From NCBI GenBank assembly GCA_002840365.1, contig PHAO01000001.1:441337-505336 (forward strand): a stretch of DNA of 64,000 nt, given 5' to 3'. Below are positions 47,985-59,062 of the stretch, in pieces. Each line of letters opens with the position of its first letter. The stretch's first letter is position 1. The position numbers were made by a program, and so were the translations under genes. Source of the stretch: Candidatus Dojkabacteria bacterium HGW-Dojkabacteria-1. GTDB lineage: Bacteria; Patescibacteriota; Dojkabacteria; SC72. The notes under the pieces are model-generated. The model was not told the origin of the DNA. It made no database searches and saw only the letters and a list, made by a program, of their open reading frames with translations.

Positions 47985-48716
47985 ATGAGAAAAACCCTTT
48001 TAGCAATAGCTACAATTATAATGGTAGGATTCAATTTCTTTGTTGAATATTTTACCCTCAATGGATATACCCGTTTTGAAATCATTGAGGCAATCCCTAT
48101 ATATTTCCTTCCTTCAACATTTGTATACAATATTTGGTACGTAATCTATGTGGGTTTAATTGTTTTTGCAATATACCTTCTTCTTTCAAAGAAAGATATT
48201 GAAGCTGATCTTACAAAGTGGATATATGTAACATATATTTCAAATTTTGTATGGATTTTTACATGGCACTATGGACTTACAGGACTTGCAGTTCTTGCGG
48301 TATTAATTCAACTTATTAGTTTAGTTCAAGTGTATATTAGGTTATGGAGATACAATAAACCTATCTTTGCATATGGAATTTTTCGTGTTTACTTTGCTTG
48401 GATAGTTGTAGCTACAATATCAAATATTGCAGCGGTTAACTACCTAGCAAGAGGAGGGGAGTATATCTTCTCTGCTGAATGGACTGCTGTCGCTCTAATG
48501 GCCATCATTACTTTTCTTGCCCTAGGAGCATTAAAAAAACATATGGATTGTTTGTTTGCAACAGTAATTACATGGGCAATTTTTGGTATATTAGTTAAAC
48601 ATTTCTATACCTCTGAGATAATTGTTAATTCCGCTATTCTTTTAATACTTCTTTTAATTGTTGGGCTAGCAGTTAATGCTCTAAACTCAAATCTTTCTAA
48701 ACCATCCAAGTCTTAG
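47985..48716 (+). CDS. integral membrane protein (about 7 TM), unknown function
   Basis: 243 aa, hydrophobic, Trp/Tyr-rich. Confidence 0.5.
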   Translation: MRKTLLAIATIIMVGFNFFVEYFTLNGYTRFEIIEAIPIYFLPSTFVYNIWYVIYVGLIVFAIYLLLSKKDIEADLTKWIYVTYISNFVWIFTWHYGLTGLAVLAVLIQLISLVQVYIRLWRYNKPIFAYGIFRVYFAWIVVATISNIAAVNYLARGGEYIFSAEWTAVALMAIITFLALGALKKHMDCLFATVITWAIFGILVKHFYTSEIIVNSAILLILLLIVGLAVNALNSNLSKPSKS

Positions 48717-48754
48717 GTAATTATCACTTTTTGTGATAGAATCTAGGCTTGTGT

Positions 48755-50644
48755 ATGGAAAAGATTTCTTTTAAACAAGAAAATATAAGAAATGTCGCTA
48801 TAATAGCACATGTAGACCACGGCAAAACCACTTTGGTAGATGCCTTTATGAAGCAAACTCATCTTTTCAGAGAGAATCAAGAGGAAATGTCTCAAACAAG
48901 AATATTAGATAGTGGAGAATTAGAAAAAGAAAAGGGTATCACTATAAAAGCTAAAAATATTGCAATTAAATATGGTGATTTCAAAATTAACATAATTGAT
49001 ACTCCTGGACATGCTGATTTCGGAGGAGAAGTAGAAAGAACATTAAACATGGCAGATAGCTGTCTTCTTTTAGTAGATGCACAGGAAGGACCCATGCCTC
49101 AAACAAAGTTTGTACTTAAGAAGGCTTTGGAATTAGGCTTGAAACCGATTTTAGTAATAAACAAAATAGATAAAAAGCTCGCTAATTGTACAAAAACTAT
49201 CGGTAAGGTTCAGGATTTGTTCCTTGAATTAGCAACAGATCCAGAGCAATTAGACTTTCCCGTATACTACGCAATTGCAAGAGAAGGACTAATCTTCAAA
49301 GATTTACCAGAAGGGGATTTAACAAATACTGATAATTTAAATGGAGATGTAACACCAATACTAGATGAAATAGTTAATAATACCCCTGCACCAAAAGGAG
49401 ATATTAATGGCACATTTCAAATGCAGGTAACCTCCTTAGAGTATGATAATCATTTAGGTAGATACCTTGTTGGTAGAATAAATAGAGGACAAGTTAAAGT
49501 AGATAGTCCCATTATCCTTCTTTCAAAGGAAGAAAAAATTCAAGGGAGAGTAAAAGAGCTTTTCACAAAAGAAGGTCTTTTCTGGGAACCAACAGAGAGT
49601 GCAATAGCTGGAGATATTGTAGCATTAACAGGTATTGAATCTACTGCAATAGGTGCAACCATATGTGATATTAGTAATCAAGAAGTATTACCAGATATCA
49701 ATATTACCCCACCATCAGTAAAGGTCAAATTTGAATCAAATAGCTCTCCCTTTGCTGGAAAAGAAGGGAAGTTTGTAACTGCAAAACAATTAGAACAAAG
49801 ACTTGAACAAGAAAAAGATACTAATATCAGTCTAAATATCTCTAAGGTCGGGGGTTCATCATACTATGTAGCTGGAAGAGGAGAGCTTCAACTCTCAATT
49901 CTTGTTGAACAATTAAGAAGAGAAGGATATGAATTCCAATTGAGTAAACCAGAGGTCGTTTTAATCGAAAGAGAAGGTAAGAAGTTTGAACCAATTGAGG
50001 AATTAATAATTGATTGTCCAAGTGAATACTTGAGTATAATTACTCAAGAGGTAAGTAACAGAAAGGGAGAATTAATTGATATTGAAAATAGTGATAATCA
50101 AACAAGATTTACATACAGAATTCTAACAAGAAATTTAATAGGTCTTCATAGAATCCTTATGAATGCAACAAAAGGGACAGCACTAATCAATAGCTTTGTA
50201 TATGATTATGTACCCCACTCAGAAGGAGAAAATCTCTTCAGAAAAGGGGTAATCATATCTGCAGAAACAGGTACTTCTCTTGGATATGCACTAACTACAA
50301 TACAGGAGAGAGGACAGCTCTTCACAGGTCCTTCTGAAGAAGTATATGAAGGAATGATTATTGGTATTAACAATCATGAACAAGATTTAGAGGTCAACCC
50401 ATGTAAAGCAAGGCATAAAACAAATGTAAGAATGCTAAGGAGTGAAATGACAGATATATGTCTAAAATCAACAATTCAATTAACAATTGAATATGCGCTT
50501 TCCTTTATTAATGACGATGAGCTAATTGAGGTTACACCTAAAAATATTAGACTAAGAAAGAAACTATTAACAAATACACAAAGAACTTGGGCTAAAAGGG
50601 GTAATCTAACTGCATATGCTAAACAGCAAATGCAATCAATATAA
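48755..50644 (+). CDS. typA: translational GTPase TypA/BipA
   Basis: G1 'AHVDHGKTT', G3 'DTPGHADF' and G4 'NKID'; EF-G-like domain layout; the ORF track starts 2 codons earlier at 48749. Confidence 0.85.
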   Translation: MEKISFKQENIRNVAIIAHVDHGKTTLVDAFMKQTHLFRENQEEMSQTRILDSGELEKEKGITIKAKNIAIKYGDFKINIIDTPGHADFGGEVERTLNMADSCLLLVDAQEGPMPQTKFVLKKALELGLKPILVINKIDKKLANCTKTIGKVQDLFLELATDPEQLDFPVYYAIAREGLIFKDLPEGDLTNTDNLNGDVTPILDEIVNNTPAPKGDINGTFQMQVTSLEYDNHLGRYLVGRINRGQVKVDSPIILLSKEEKIQGRVKELFTKEGLFWEPTESAIAGDIVALTGIESTAIGATICDISNQEVLPDINITPPSVKVKFESNSSPFAGKEGKFVTAKQLEQRLEQEKDTNISLNISKVGGSSYYVAGRGELQLSILVEQLRREGYEFQLSKPEVVLIEREGKKFEPIEELIIDCPSEYLSIITQEVSNRKGELIDIENSDNQTRFTYRILTRNLIGLHRILMNATKGTALINSFVYDYVPHSEGENLFRKGVIISAETGTSLGYALTTIQERGQLFTGPSEEVYEGMIIGINNHEQDLEVNPCKARHKTNVRMLRSEMTDICLKSTIQLTIEYALSFINDDELIEVTPKNIRLRKKLLTNTQRTWAKRGNLTAYAKQQMQSI

Positions 50645-50647
50645 TAA

Positions 50648-51937
50648 CTATTCGTATCTTAATGCCTTAACAGGATCCAATTTTGCTGCTTTCATTGAAG
50701 GATATATTCCAGCAACTACCCCAACCAAGATACTAAACATTGTAATTATAAATGCATTCCAGAATTGAAAATGGAAGAACTGATCAATATCAACAAAACC
50801 TTGAGTAGAGAGTGTTTGAACTATAAAAGGATCTATTGCTTTCATAAGCAAAAAGGTTACTGATAGTCCTAATATACCTCCAAACAAACCTATTAATGAT
50901 GATTGAATTAAAAATATCAACAAAACTTGAGTATTTGAAGCCCCAATTGCCTTAATTATCCCTATCTCTCTAGTTTGTTCATATATACTCATAATCATTG
51001 TATTAACAATACCTATTGATGCAACAATTGCAGAGATTGAACCAAAAAGAATTAACGCTATTGTTAGTCCCGCTGTAAATGTATCTATAAAACCAAGAAT
51101 CGTATCTGAAGAGATTACAAACAATTTCAAATCCTCATCAATATATCTTTCGATATCTTTTGTTTTACCCTCATTAGTTGTTACATATAACTGGAAATAT
51201 CCAACATTCGAAATATAATCTGCACCATCATCATATCCTCCTAAATCTACTAATATATCTAATGCTGTATCATTGTTTACCCAAAAAGCATCATTTCCAG
51301 TATCAACAACTCCTACAATTGTAAATTCATATTCCTTATCTATCATGCTTTTTGAAGCTGCAGAAAAGAATGATCCTGAAGATGAACTCTTTGCATGTAT
51401 CTTCTTTCCTATAATGTCTTCTTGGGTTGTTTCAAAGAAGGATACAACATACTTACTAACAAACATTTCATAACTATCAAGAGTATCTTTATCACCATAA
51501 AAACTTTTAAATATATGATGATTACCAGGTAAGTCAGAGGCTGCAATCAATTTCATAGGGTAGGGAGTATCGTCATCTTCTAAGTACATATCTAAACCAT
51601 TTATAAAAAGAAGAGGTTCAACAGATTCTACTCCACTAATTTGTTGAATCTTCTCTTTAATCTCTTCTGTTAATACAGTTTCCTCTTTCTTTATTCCATC
51701 CTTTGTTGGTGCAACAGCCATCCCACCAAAAGACATATTATCTTGCCCTGATACATACAAATCTAAGGGATTAAACCTAGTTTCAATCTCAGAAAGCATT
51801 ACATTCTTTAAATCCGTCATTCCAAAAAGGATAAAAGACATTAGCATTACAGCAAGCATAATACCAAGACTTGTTAGAGCCGTTCTAAATTTTCTTCTTA
51901 ATACTAAATTGATAGCATATTTAAACATTTTTTCCAT
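50648..51937 (-). CDS. ABC transporter permease, FtsX/MacB-like
   Basis: N-terminal TM, large extracytoplasmic domain, three C-terminal TMs; coupled to the downstream ATPase by a 17-nt overlap. Confidence 0.75.
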   Translation of the reverse strand: MEKMFKYAINLVLRRKFRTALTSLGIMLAVMLMSFILFGMTDLKNVMLSEIETRFNPLDLYVSGQDNMSFGGMAVAPTKDGIKKEETVLTEEIKEKIQQISGVESVEPLLFINGLDMYLEDDDTPYPMKLIAASDLPGNHHIFKSFYGDKDTLDSYEMFVSKYVVSFFETTQEDIIGKKIHAKSSSSGSFFSAASKSMIDKEYEFTIVGVVDTGNDAFWVNNDTALDILVDLGGYDDGADYISNVGYFQLYVTTNEGKTKDIERYIDEDLKLFVISSDTILGFIDTFTAGLTIALILFGSISAIVASIGIVNTMIMSIYEQTREIGIIKAIGASNTQVLLIFLIQSSLIGLFGGILGLSVTFLLMKAIDPFIVQTLSTQGFVDIDQFFHFQFWNAFIITMFSILVGVVAGIYPSMKAAKLDPVKALRYE

Positions 51938-52580
51938 CTACCAAACTTATTCTTTTCTTAGTATGCTTCGCAATATCTTTATCATGAGTAACTAGTAGTA
52001 TGGTAACCCCTTCTGATATATTTAGTTCTTGAAGAAGTTGAAGAATAGATTCTCCAGTTTTACTATCAAGGTTACCAGTAGGCTCATCTGCAAGGACAAT
52101 CTTTGGAGAATCTATCAATGCTCTTGCAATTGCAACTCGTTGTGCTTGACCCCCAGAGAGCTCTTTAGGAAGATGCTTTCTTCTATCACTTAACCCAACC
52201 ATATCAATAATATAATCTAATCTTTCTTTAATTTCCTTAGAATCTCTTTTCTGAAATTTAATTGGTAACAATATATTTTCTTCAACACTAAGGGAAGGAA
52301 TTAAGTAAAACTGTTGAAATATTGTTCCTACAATATATCTTCTGTAGTAGTTTTTATCATATTCTTTTATATTCTTTCCATCGATTGTAATTTCTCCTGT
52401 ATATTCCCAATCTAATCCTCCAAGAATATTCAACAGTGTAGATTTACCAGAACCAGAGGAACCTACAACTGAAACAAAGTCTCCCTTTTCAAGGGTAAAA
52501 TTAACCCCCTGCAAAGCTCCAACACTAATCTCTTTTCCCATTTTGTATTCTCTTTTTAGATTCTTTACTTCGATAAACAT
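51921..52580 (-). CDS. ABC transporter ATP-binding protein (MacB/LolD-type)
   Basis: Walker A 'GSSGSGKST', signature 'LSGGQAQRV', Walker B 'VLADEPTGNLD'. Confidence 0.85.
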   Translation of the reverse strand: MFIEVKNLKREYKMGKEISVGALQGVNFTLEKGDFVSVVGSSGSGKSTLLNILGGLDWEYTGEITIDGKNIKEYDKNYYRRYIVGTIFQQFYLIPSLSVEENILLPIKFQKRDSKEIKERLDYIIDMVGLSDRRKHLPKELSGGQAQRVAIARALIDSPKIVLADEPTGNLDSKTGESILQLLQELNISEGVTILLVTHDKDIAKHTKKRISLVDGKNV

Positions 52581-52641
52581 AGCTCTTTACTTTATACAAA
52601 TCCTCATTAGAATTCAATATATTGTGATATAATCATTAATT

Positions 52642-53130
52642 ATGGCTAAAAAATTACGAATATTACAAATAAATAATGAGAAGGATTTAAGCATACTTAG
52701 GAATGTTTCTAAAGAAGTAAAAATAGAGGAGATAAAAGACCCTTCTTTTCAAGAGTTTTTAGATGATTTGATATTCACTGCAAAAAATACTGAAACAGAA
52801 GAAGGATACAGAGTTGCTGGACTAGCGGCAGTACAAGTAGGAAAAGAAATTAGGGCATTCTGCTACCTTAAAGATAATGATGAATTTGAAGTAATGATTA
52901 ATCCTGAAATAAAAGTAATTAAGGAAGATTTAGTAATAGGGACTGAAGCATGCTTAAGTATTCCAAATAGGACTGGGGATGTACCAAGATACAAAAAGAT
53001 TAAAGTTACATTTACTGATAGAGAGGGCAAAAAGAGAAAAGAAAGATTTAGCAACTGGGAAGCAAGAGAAATACTCCATGAATATGACCATTTGGAGGGT
53101 GTTTTGTTTACAGATAAAACCATTGACTAG
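52642..53130 (+). CDS. def: peptide deformylase
   Basis: Motifs 'GLAAVQVG', 'EACLSIP' and 'HEYDHLEG'. Confidence 0.8.
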   Translation: MAKKLRILQINNEKDLSILRNVSKEVKIEEIKDPSFQEFLDDLIFTAKNTETEEGYRVAGLAAVQVGKEIRAFCYLKDNDEFEVMINPEIKVIKEDLVIGTEACLSIPNRTGDVPRYKKIKVTFTDREGKKRKERFSNWEAREILHEYDHLEGVLFTDKTID

Positions 53131-53189
53131 AAACTTTTTCAAAATACATATACAATTATCCTAGTTTAAATAACTGTAACTGCCTTCAT

Positions 53190-54335
53190 ATGAAAAAAAT
53201 ACTTTTAACAGCATTAATACTTCTTCTATCCCCAATTACACTATTAGCAATTGGAGATATTTCCCTTTCACAACTTTATGCTCAAGCAGAACTTTCAGAA
53301 TTAGAACAAATTGAACAACAAAGAATTAAAGGTTTAGAAGAACAACTAGGTTTTAGCTTACCAAAATATACTGACAATCCAAGCTATGTTATTACATTCC
53401 AAGATCCTTCTCCAGGTAAGAATGGTATTCAAATTGAGATAGATGGTAAAGAATTTGTAGAAATAACTAGTCCGTATACATTTCCCGCATTAAGTATTGG
53501 TGAGCATTCTGTAAAATTTAGATTCAATGATAAGGACGGAAATACACAAACCTTAGAATATTCACTAATTGTTGTACCAAGAACTCCAATCATTAATCCT
53601 CCTGTGGTAGAGGATAAAGTTATAACAATTAATGGAACAGGTCTATCAAATTCTGAAATATTTCTTTTTTTAACATCAAATACTTACAATCTTAAGGATA
53701 CAGTCACAACTAATTCTAGTGGAGAGTGGAGTTTTACCGTTACCCAAGAAGAAGGATTTGCAGAAGGGATATATACCTTAACTGCATATACAAGAAAATA
53801 TGGCTATGCAAGTGAGCTATCCGATGCAACCGTTTTTGAGGTAGGAGCAAGTGGCATATTTCAAAACAATGGTAACAAATCTATTGTATCTTTTGCTTTT
53901 AAAGATTTAAAAGGGGTAAACATAATAGATGTTTTAGGTAAAAATCCGGATCTGATAATATTAATTCTTACTCCTTTCATTTTAGGTTGCATATTAGCCC
54001 TAGTAGGAAGAAACATTATTAAATCAAACAAAGAGGAATATATATCAAAAAAAGTTGAAAACAGTATTAAAGGAGAGAAAAATGGAGAAGAGAAAACCTT
54101 AAGGGAACTTTTTGAATCAAATGGCAAAGAAAAAGCTCCAGAAGAACAAATTAAAATAAATACGGATGTAAGCAAAAAGATAACAAAGATGAAAAAAGAA
54201 CCAAAAGTAATAAGTAAAGAAGATTTCCTTAAAGATTTTAAATCTGTAGATCCTGACGACAGTGCAGGAAAAGAAAAACCTGCAGAGAAAGTAAAAAAAG
54301 AAATTAAGGTATCTCTCACCTCAAGAGAAGAATAA
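53190..54335 (+). CDS. secreted/membrane-anchored protein with beta-rich ectodomain and Lys/Glu-rich cytoplasmic tail
   Basis: Signal peptide; TM near residue 270; charged C-terminus. Confidence 0.5.
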   Translation: MKKILLTALILLLSPITLLAIGDISLSQLYAQAELSELEQIEQQRIKGLEEQLGFSLPKYTDNPSYVITFQDPSPGKNGIQIEIDGKEFVEITSPYTFPALSIGEHSVKFRFNDKDGNTQTLEYSLIVVPRTPIINPPVVEDKVITINGTGLSNSEIFLFLTSNTYNLKDTVTTNSSGEWSFTVTQEEGFAEGIYTLTAYTRKYGYASELSDATVFEVGASGIFQNNGNKSIVSFAFKDLKGVNIIDVLGKNPDLIILILTPFILGCILALVGRNIIKSNKEEYISKKVENSIKGEKNGEEKTLRELFESNGKEKAPEEQIKINTDVSKKITKMKKEPKVISKEDFLKDFKSVDPDDSAGKEKPAEKVKKEIKVSLTSREE

Positions 54336-54369
54336 GCTTAATAAATGTGATAAAATCTCCTATCTATAA

Positions 54370-54451
54370 GCCAAGGTGGTGGAATTGGCAGACACGCTAC
54401 GTTCAGAGCGTAGTCCAGTAATGGGTGGGGGTTCAAATCCCCCTCTTGGCA
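54370..54451 (+). tRNA. tRNA-Leu(CAG): tRNA-Leu (anticodon CAG), class II with long variable arm
   Basis: Acceptor GCCAAGG/TCTTGGC; anticodon stem CTACG/CGTAG with loop TTCAGAG; T arm GGGGG-TTCAAAT-CCCCC; discriminator A; CCA not encoded. Confidence 0.8.
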
Positions 54452-54453
54452 AA

Positions 54454-56238
54454 CTACTTAGTCCAGTATGCAATATCTTCAAATCTTTCGTGGGGGAATA
54501 TAATATTTTGAATTTCTCCAACTTTTATATCTTTTTTTACAACGTATTTGTAATTAGGGTGATAAAGAAATACTACTGGAGCATCCTGTGTAAGATATCT
54601 CTGGAATAGTGTATATTTCTCTTTTCTTACTTTTTGATCAACACTCCTTCTTCCATCTTCTAAAAGAATATCTACTCTTTCATAGCTATAACCTGAAAGA
54701 TTTAAGTCTGGATAGTTACTCTTTATTGAATGCCATAGATTGTATTGATCTGGATCTACTGTTGTTACAACCTCATACATAAGGAGTTCGAAATCTCTTG
54801 TAGCCACAATTTCTTGAGTCAGTTGAGTATATGTTAATGGTTCAAGATTAATAACAATACCTTCGTCTTTAAGCATATCTTTAAAGACATTCGCTAATCG
54901 ATTGTTAAAGTCACTATTATAATAACTAAGATTGAAACTTAATATCTTTTTATCCTCACTTTCAAAATATCCACTAGTTTCGTTCTTTGTATATCCCAAG
55001 CCAGATAGGAGTTCCGCAGCCTTTGCAGGATCATACCCATACACAGTTTGTTCAGGATTATACGCCCATGAAGTAGAAGGTATTGGTCCATTTGTCACTA
55101 CACCTGATACTTGGGATTCTTCTAAGAACAACTCTTTGTTAATCAAATGATTGAGAGCAATTCGAATTTCTTTCCTTTCTAATTTTTCCTTTCTGGTATT
55201 AAAAAATATCATCCTAATTCTTGAGAAGAGTGTAGTCTCATATTCAACATAATCTGGATATTCCGTAGAAAATTTCATGCTACTACTGTCGACACCTCCC
55301 ATTGCATCCAATACACCATTCCTAAATGCTGCCTCTAATGATTTATAATCAGAGTAAAGACGATATACAATTGTATCTATCTTTGGAGTAACCCAGTAAT
55401 GCTCAGAGGCCTTTAAATATACAACATTAGGCTCAGACCTATACACCCTATATGCTCCAGAACCGAGAGGATATCTTGAAAAGGCATTAAATGGAATATC
55501 GCTAGTAGAGACATCTTCCAAAATATGCTTTGGTACAATATACACAGAGACTATCTCAAAAAAAGTAGCATTACTTTCTGGTAAAGTAAATCTTAACTTA
55601 TCCTCAGATATCTTATCTATCTTTACATCTACAAGAGTTGAACCTACTGTATCATATCCATGATCTTTTGAGAGTTTTTTTGCTAATTCAAAAGTAAAGA
55701 TAACATCATCTACTGTAAGTTTCTCCCCATCTTGCCATTTATGAGTTAACGAAATAGAGAAATCATATGTTTTTGCATCACTTGAAACTACCCATTCTTT
55801 AGCAATATTAGGCAAAGGTGTTCCATCTGGTGCAAGATCAAGGAATTTTTCAAAAACTAATGCATGAATATCACTATCTACAACATTCTGAGATACAAAA
55901 AGAGGATTAAAGGTGGATATAGCTCCGATGTTTCCTTCTACAAAAACCTGTGTTCTCTTTGCAGTAAATACCTCTGCAAAGGTATCACTCCTTAAGAAAC
56001 CAAACATACCAATTCCCAAGAGAATGAAAATCATAATGAAACTTAATGGTGATGTTCTCTTAAAGAAACTCTCTAAATTTTGGGGATATTCCCAAATATA
56101 GTCTCTAAGAGTTTTTTTCCTTTTGTTAACAACACCGACTTTGATAACATCTTGGGAAGGTTTTAGAAGTTCAAAAGCCTCTTTCATGGAGAGTTTCTTT
56201 GAGCCTGTTTTTTTGGCATCTTCCATATGCTTTTCCAT
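54454..56238 (-). CDS. ABC transporter substrate-binding protein, family 5 (peptide/nickel-type), membrane-anchored
   Basis: 594 aa; N-terminal TM; overall SBP_bac_5-like architecture. Assignment by resemblance. Confidence 0.6.
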   Translation of the reverse strand: MEKHMEDAKKTGSKKLSMKEAFELLKPSQDVIKVGVVNKRKKTLRDYIWEYPQNLESFFKRTSPLSFIMIFILLGIGMFGFLRSDTFAEVFTAKRTQVFVEGNIGAISTFNPLFVSQNVVDSDIHALVFEKFLDLAPDGTPLPNIAKEWVVSSDAKTYDFSISLTHKWQDGEKLTVDDVIFTFELAKKLSKDHGYDTVGSTLVDVKIDKISEDKLRFTLPESNATFFEIVSVYIVPKHILEDVSTSDIPFNAFSRYPLGSGAYRVYRSEPNVVYLKASEHYWVTPKIDTIVYRLYSDYKSLEAAFRNGVLDAMGGVDSSSMKFSTEYPDYVEYETTLFSRIRMIFFNTRKEKLERKEIRIALNHLINKELFLEESQVSGVVTNGPIPSTSWAYNPEQTVYGYDPAKAAELLSGLGYTKNETSGYFESEDKKILSFNLSYYNSDFNNRLANVFKDMLKDEGIVINLEPLTYTQLTQEIVATRDFELLMYEVVTTVDPDQYNLWHSIKSNYPDLNLSGYSYERVDILLEDGRRSVDQKVRKEKYTLFQRYLTQDAPVVFLYHPNYKYVVKKDIKVGEIQNIIFPHERFEDIAYWTK

Positions 56239-56252
56239 TTGTTACTCTTAAC

Positions 56253-56483
56253 CTAAGAATACTTAACTAATACTAATGAGATAGCAACTAATACAAGAGC
56301 AAGAAACATTGTAAAGTAGTAAAGAAATTTTTCAAATCCTCTTTTAGTTCTAAATACCTCACCACCACCTCCAAACATCTTTCCCAAACCTTCAGCCCTG
56401 TTTTGTAAAAGTACAGAGACTACTATCAATGCACAGACTGCTATCTGAACATAAAGTAATATATTTTGTAATGTTGCATCCAT
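56253..56483 (-). CDS. secG: preprotein translocase subunit SecG
   Basis: 76 aa; two TMs flanking the Gly-rich 'LGKMFGGGGEVFRTKRG' loop; pattern matches SecG. Confidence 0.65.
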   Translation of the reverse strand: MDATLQNILLYVQIAVCALIVVSVLLQNRAEGLGKMFGGGGEVFRTKRGFEKFLYYFTMFLALVLVAISLVLVKYS

Positions 56484-56501
56484 GGAATCGATTATACTAT
56501 A

Positions 56502-56909
56502 TTATGAGCTTTTCTCAAGAACAAAAAGTAGAGAACCAAGAAATGAAGCAGATACCGAAGCAAATACCATTGTAATGATTGGTGTCATTTCAAAACTATT
56601 AATTATTAAACTTCCTAAATCCCAACCTTCAAAGGTATATGCCTCTATATAGAAGCCAGTCATAAAAAAATCTAATAGGAAAAACATACCAATACAAATC
56701 AATGAAGACATTAAAATTGTTGTTATAAAATTCTCTTTAATAGTAAGAAATTTAAGAATAGGGGAAACCATTAACATGCCAATTGAAAGTACTAAAAGAG
56801 AAGCAATTAAATACAAAGTATTAATTGGAAGTACAATACCTTTAAAAAGAGTGAAGATGAAATACGAAACAAGCATAAACTGAATTAAATGCTTAAAAAA
56901 GTTCTTCAT
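56502..56909 (-). CDS. small integral membrane protein
   Basis: 135 aa, 4 predicted TM. Confidence 0.4.
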   Translation of the reverse strand: MKNFFKHLIQFMLVSYFIFTLFKGIVLPINTLYLIASLLVLSIGMLMVSPILKFLTIKENFITTILMSSLICIGMFFLLDFFMTGFYIEAYTFEGWDLGSLIINSFEMTPIITMVFASVSASFLGSLLFVLEKSS

Positions 56910-57064
56910 AATTATCCTACCAATCTTATTCCTTGCATTTTACATGCATAAAAGTTTCCTTTGCAATACTTTTTCTCTTTTTCTAAGGATAAATATAATA
57001 TAGGATAGTACTTAGCTTGTTACATATACAAAGATTCATGTATATTTAGGTATAACTGTCCAAT

Positions 57065-58486
57065 ATGAAAGAATTAGCCAAAACAAAAATAGTAGCTACA
57101 ATAGGTCCATCATCTTGGGATGAAAAGATTCTCAAAGATATGATTTACAATGGAATGTCCATTGCAAGAATTAATGCTTCATTTGCAGATTTTGATGAAC
57201 TTAAAAGAGTATCAAGAAGCATTAGAAAGCTCTCACCAAGAGTTGCTGTTATGCTTGATACCAAAGGACATAAGATAAGAGTAACAGGATTTGAGAAGGA
57301 AAAAGAACTTAAAACAGGTGATACTGTTGTCATTCTTTCAGAGGATACTACATACAAGGAACCTCTTTCAGACAAACATATAGCAATAACATATCCCAAC
57401 CTACATAATGAGATCTCTAGACATGCAAAAATATTGCTAGATGATGGTAATATTCTGCTTTCAGTAGAAGATATTAGAGGAGAACAAATATTATGTAAAA
57501 TTGAACAGGGAGGAATACTTAAGCCAAAAAAGACAGTAAATATTCCTGGTACCCATCTAAACTTCCCAAGTCTTAGTGAAAAAGATGAAGGAGATATTAA
57601 ATATGCTGTAAAAAACGACTTTGATTTTATCTCTGCCTCATTCATTCGAAATGTACAAGATGTTGCAATGATTAGAGAAGCGATGGGTAATACAGATTGC
57701 AAACTAATAGCGAAGATAGAGGATCGGGAAGGATTAGACAACTTTGATGAAATATTGCCTTTAGTAGATGGCATTATGATTGCTCGAGGTGATATGGGAG
57801 TAGAATTACCTCTTGAGGATGTACCTATTTATCAAAAACAAATGATATATAAATGCAGGAATGTTGGTAAGCCTGTTATTGTTGCAACTCAAATGTTAGA
57901 GAGTATGAGAGAAAATATACGACCTACAAGAGCTGAGGTTAGTGATGTAGCAAATGCCATTATGGATGGTACAGATGCAGTAATGCTTTCTGCAGAGACC
58001 TCTACTGGAAAATATCCCGTAGAAGCTGTTAAAACTATGAACAAGATTGCATTGAGAGTTGAGAATATTCTTAAACCTCAAAAGGTTATGGGAGATACAA
58101 GTGCATGTATTGAAACAGACGAGCTTTGTAGGAGTCTTTTTGATATGACAGAGAGAGTAATGATAAAGGGAATAGTAGTAATATCAGTCACAGGGAAAAC
58201 AGTTAGAAGCCTATCAAGACATAGACTTAATATTCCAATATGGGAAATTGCTGAAAATATTAAACAGGTAAGACAAAGTGGTATATTACGAGGAGTTAAG
58301 ACATACTACCTAAATGAATTTCCTAAAGACAGAGACAAGGCTGTAAAGCAAGCCGTAGAAACCGTATATTCATACGGAGAGTTGGATTTAAACGATAAAA
58401 TTGCTATTATTAGTGGCAGTTCTATTAAAAACAAATCCACTAATACCATCCTAGAGATAGTAGAAGTGAAAGACATAATTGCCTAA
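57065..58486 (+). CDS. pyk: pyruvate kinase
   Basis: N-terminal 'KIVATIGP', 'MLDTKGHKIRV' and 'MIARGDMGVE' motifs. Confidence 0.85.
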   Translation: MKELAKTKIVATIGPSSWDEKILKDMIYNGMSIARINASFADFDELKRVSRSIRKLSPRVAVMLDTKGHKIRVTGFEKEKELKTGDTVVILSEDTTYKEPLSDKHIAITYPNLHNEISRHAKILLDDGNILLSVEDIRGEQILCKIEQGGILKPKKTVNIPGTHLNFPSLSEKDEGDIKYAVKNDFDFISASFIRNVQDVAMIREAMGNTDCKLIAKIEDREGLDNFDEILPLVDGIMIARGDMGVELPLEDVPIYQKQMIYKCRNVGKPVIVATQMLESMRENIRPTRAEVSDVANAIMDGTDAVMLSAETSTGKYPVEAVKTMNKIALRVENILKPQKVMGDTSACIETDELCRSLFDMTERVMIKGIVVISVTGKTVRSLSRHRLNIPIWEIAENIKQVRQSGILRGVKTYYLNEFPKDRDKAVKQAVETVYSYGELDLNDKIAIISGSSIKNKSTNTILEIVEVKDIIA

Positions 58487-58489
58487 CAA

Positions 58490-58562
58490 GGTGACGTAGC
58501 CAAGCTGGTTAAGGCCGCGGTCTGCAAAACCGCTATCACGGGTTCGAGTCCCGTCGTCACCT
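58490..58562 (+). tRNA. tRNA-Cys(GCA): tRNA-Cys (anticodon GCA)
   Basis: Acceptor GGTGACG/CGTCACC; anticodon stem GCGGT/ACCGC with loop CTGCAAA; T arm ACGGG-TTCGAGT-CCCGT; discriminator U. Confidence 0.8.
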
Positions 58563-58610
58563 TATGTATTGAAAAACAGGTATTTTAGAGATAGAATACG
58601 AACAGATTTA

Positions 58611-58694
58611 GCCGAGATGGCGGAACAGGCAGACGCGCGGGACTTAAAATCCCGTTCTAGAAATAGAGTGGGGGTTCGATTCCCCCTCTCGGCA
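58611..58694 (+). tRNA. tRNA-Leu(UAA): tRNA-Leu (anticodon UAA), class II
   Basis: Acceptor GCCGAGA/TCTCGGC; anticodon stem CGGGA/TCCCG with loop CTTAAAA; long variable arm; T arm GGGGG-TTCGATT-CCCCC; discriminator A. Confidence 0.8.
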
Positions 58695-58696
58695 TA

Positions 58697-59059
58697 TTAC
58701 TCATACAAGCGATTCTTCCCATTTTTCCTATATTCCTCATGTTGTTTCTTAGGATCACAACCTACGGGAAATTTCTTTGCTAGTTTTGGAAATTTTTCAT
58801 CAAAAGCTTTTTCAATATCAATACCTGATTTATCAGCTAATCTGAACAAATACCATAAAACATCAACAAACTCATATGATATCTCTTTCTTCTCTTCCTC
58901 GGTAAATTCTTTAAATTCTTTTTGCCATTGATAGTGCTCAGCAAGCTCTCCAAGCTCAGAAAAGGTTGCTGTTAAAAGACCAGTAGGGCTGGAATGACTC
59001 CATCCTCTCTCATCACAAAATTTCCGTATATTCTCTGTAATCTCTTGTACACTCTTCAT
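58697..59059 (-). CDS. MazG-like nucleotide pyrophosphohydrolase
   Basis: 120 aa; 'FSELGELAEH...EEKKEISYEFVDVLWYLFRLAD' matches the MazG EExxE/EVxD metal-binding helix pattern. Confidence 0.6.
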   Translation of the reverse strand: MKSVQEITENIRKFCDERGWSHSSPTGLLTATFSELGELAEHYQWQKEFKEFTEEEKKEISYEFVDVLWYLFRLADKSGIDIEKAFDEKFPKLAKKFPVGCDPKKQHEEYRKNGKNRLYE

Positions 59060-59062
59060 ATA

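Noticed and set aside
47985-48716. TspO/MBR assignment for the 243-aa membrane protein
   Set aside because: It is too long (TspO is about 160 aa with 5 TM) and lacks the characteristic Trp-rich pattern. It is left as a membrane protein of unknown function.
54376-54609. ORF 54376-54609(+), 77 aa
   Set aside because: It starts inside tRNA-Leu(CAG) and runs antisense into the SBP gene, so it is spurious.
58569-58931. ORF 58569-58931(+), 120 aa
   Set aside because: It spans tRNA-Leu(UAA) and is antisense to the MazG-like gene, so it is spurious.
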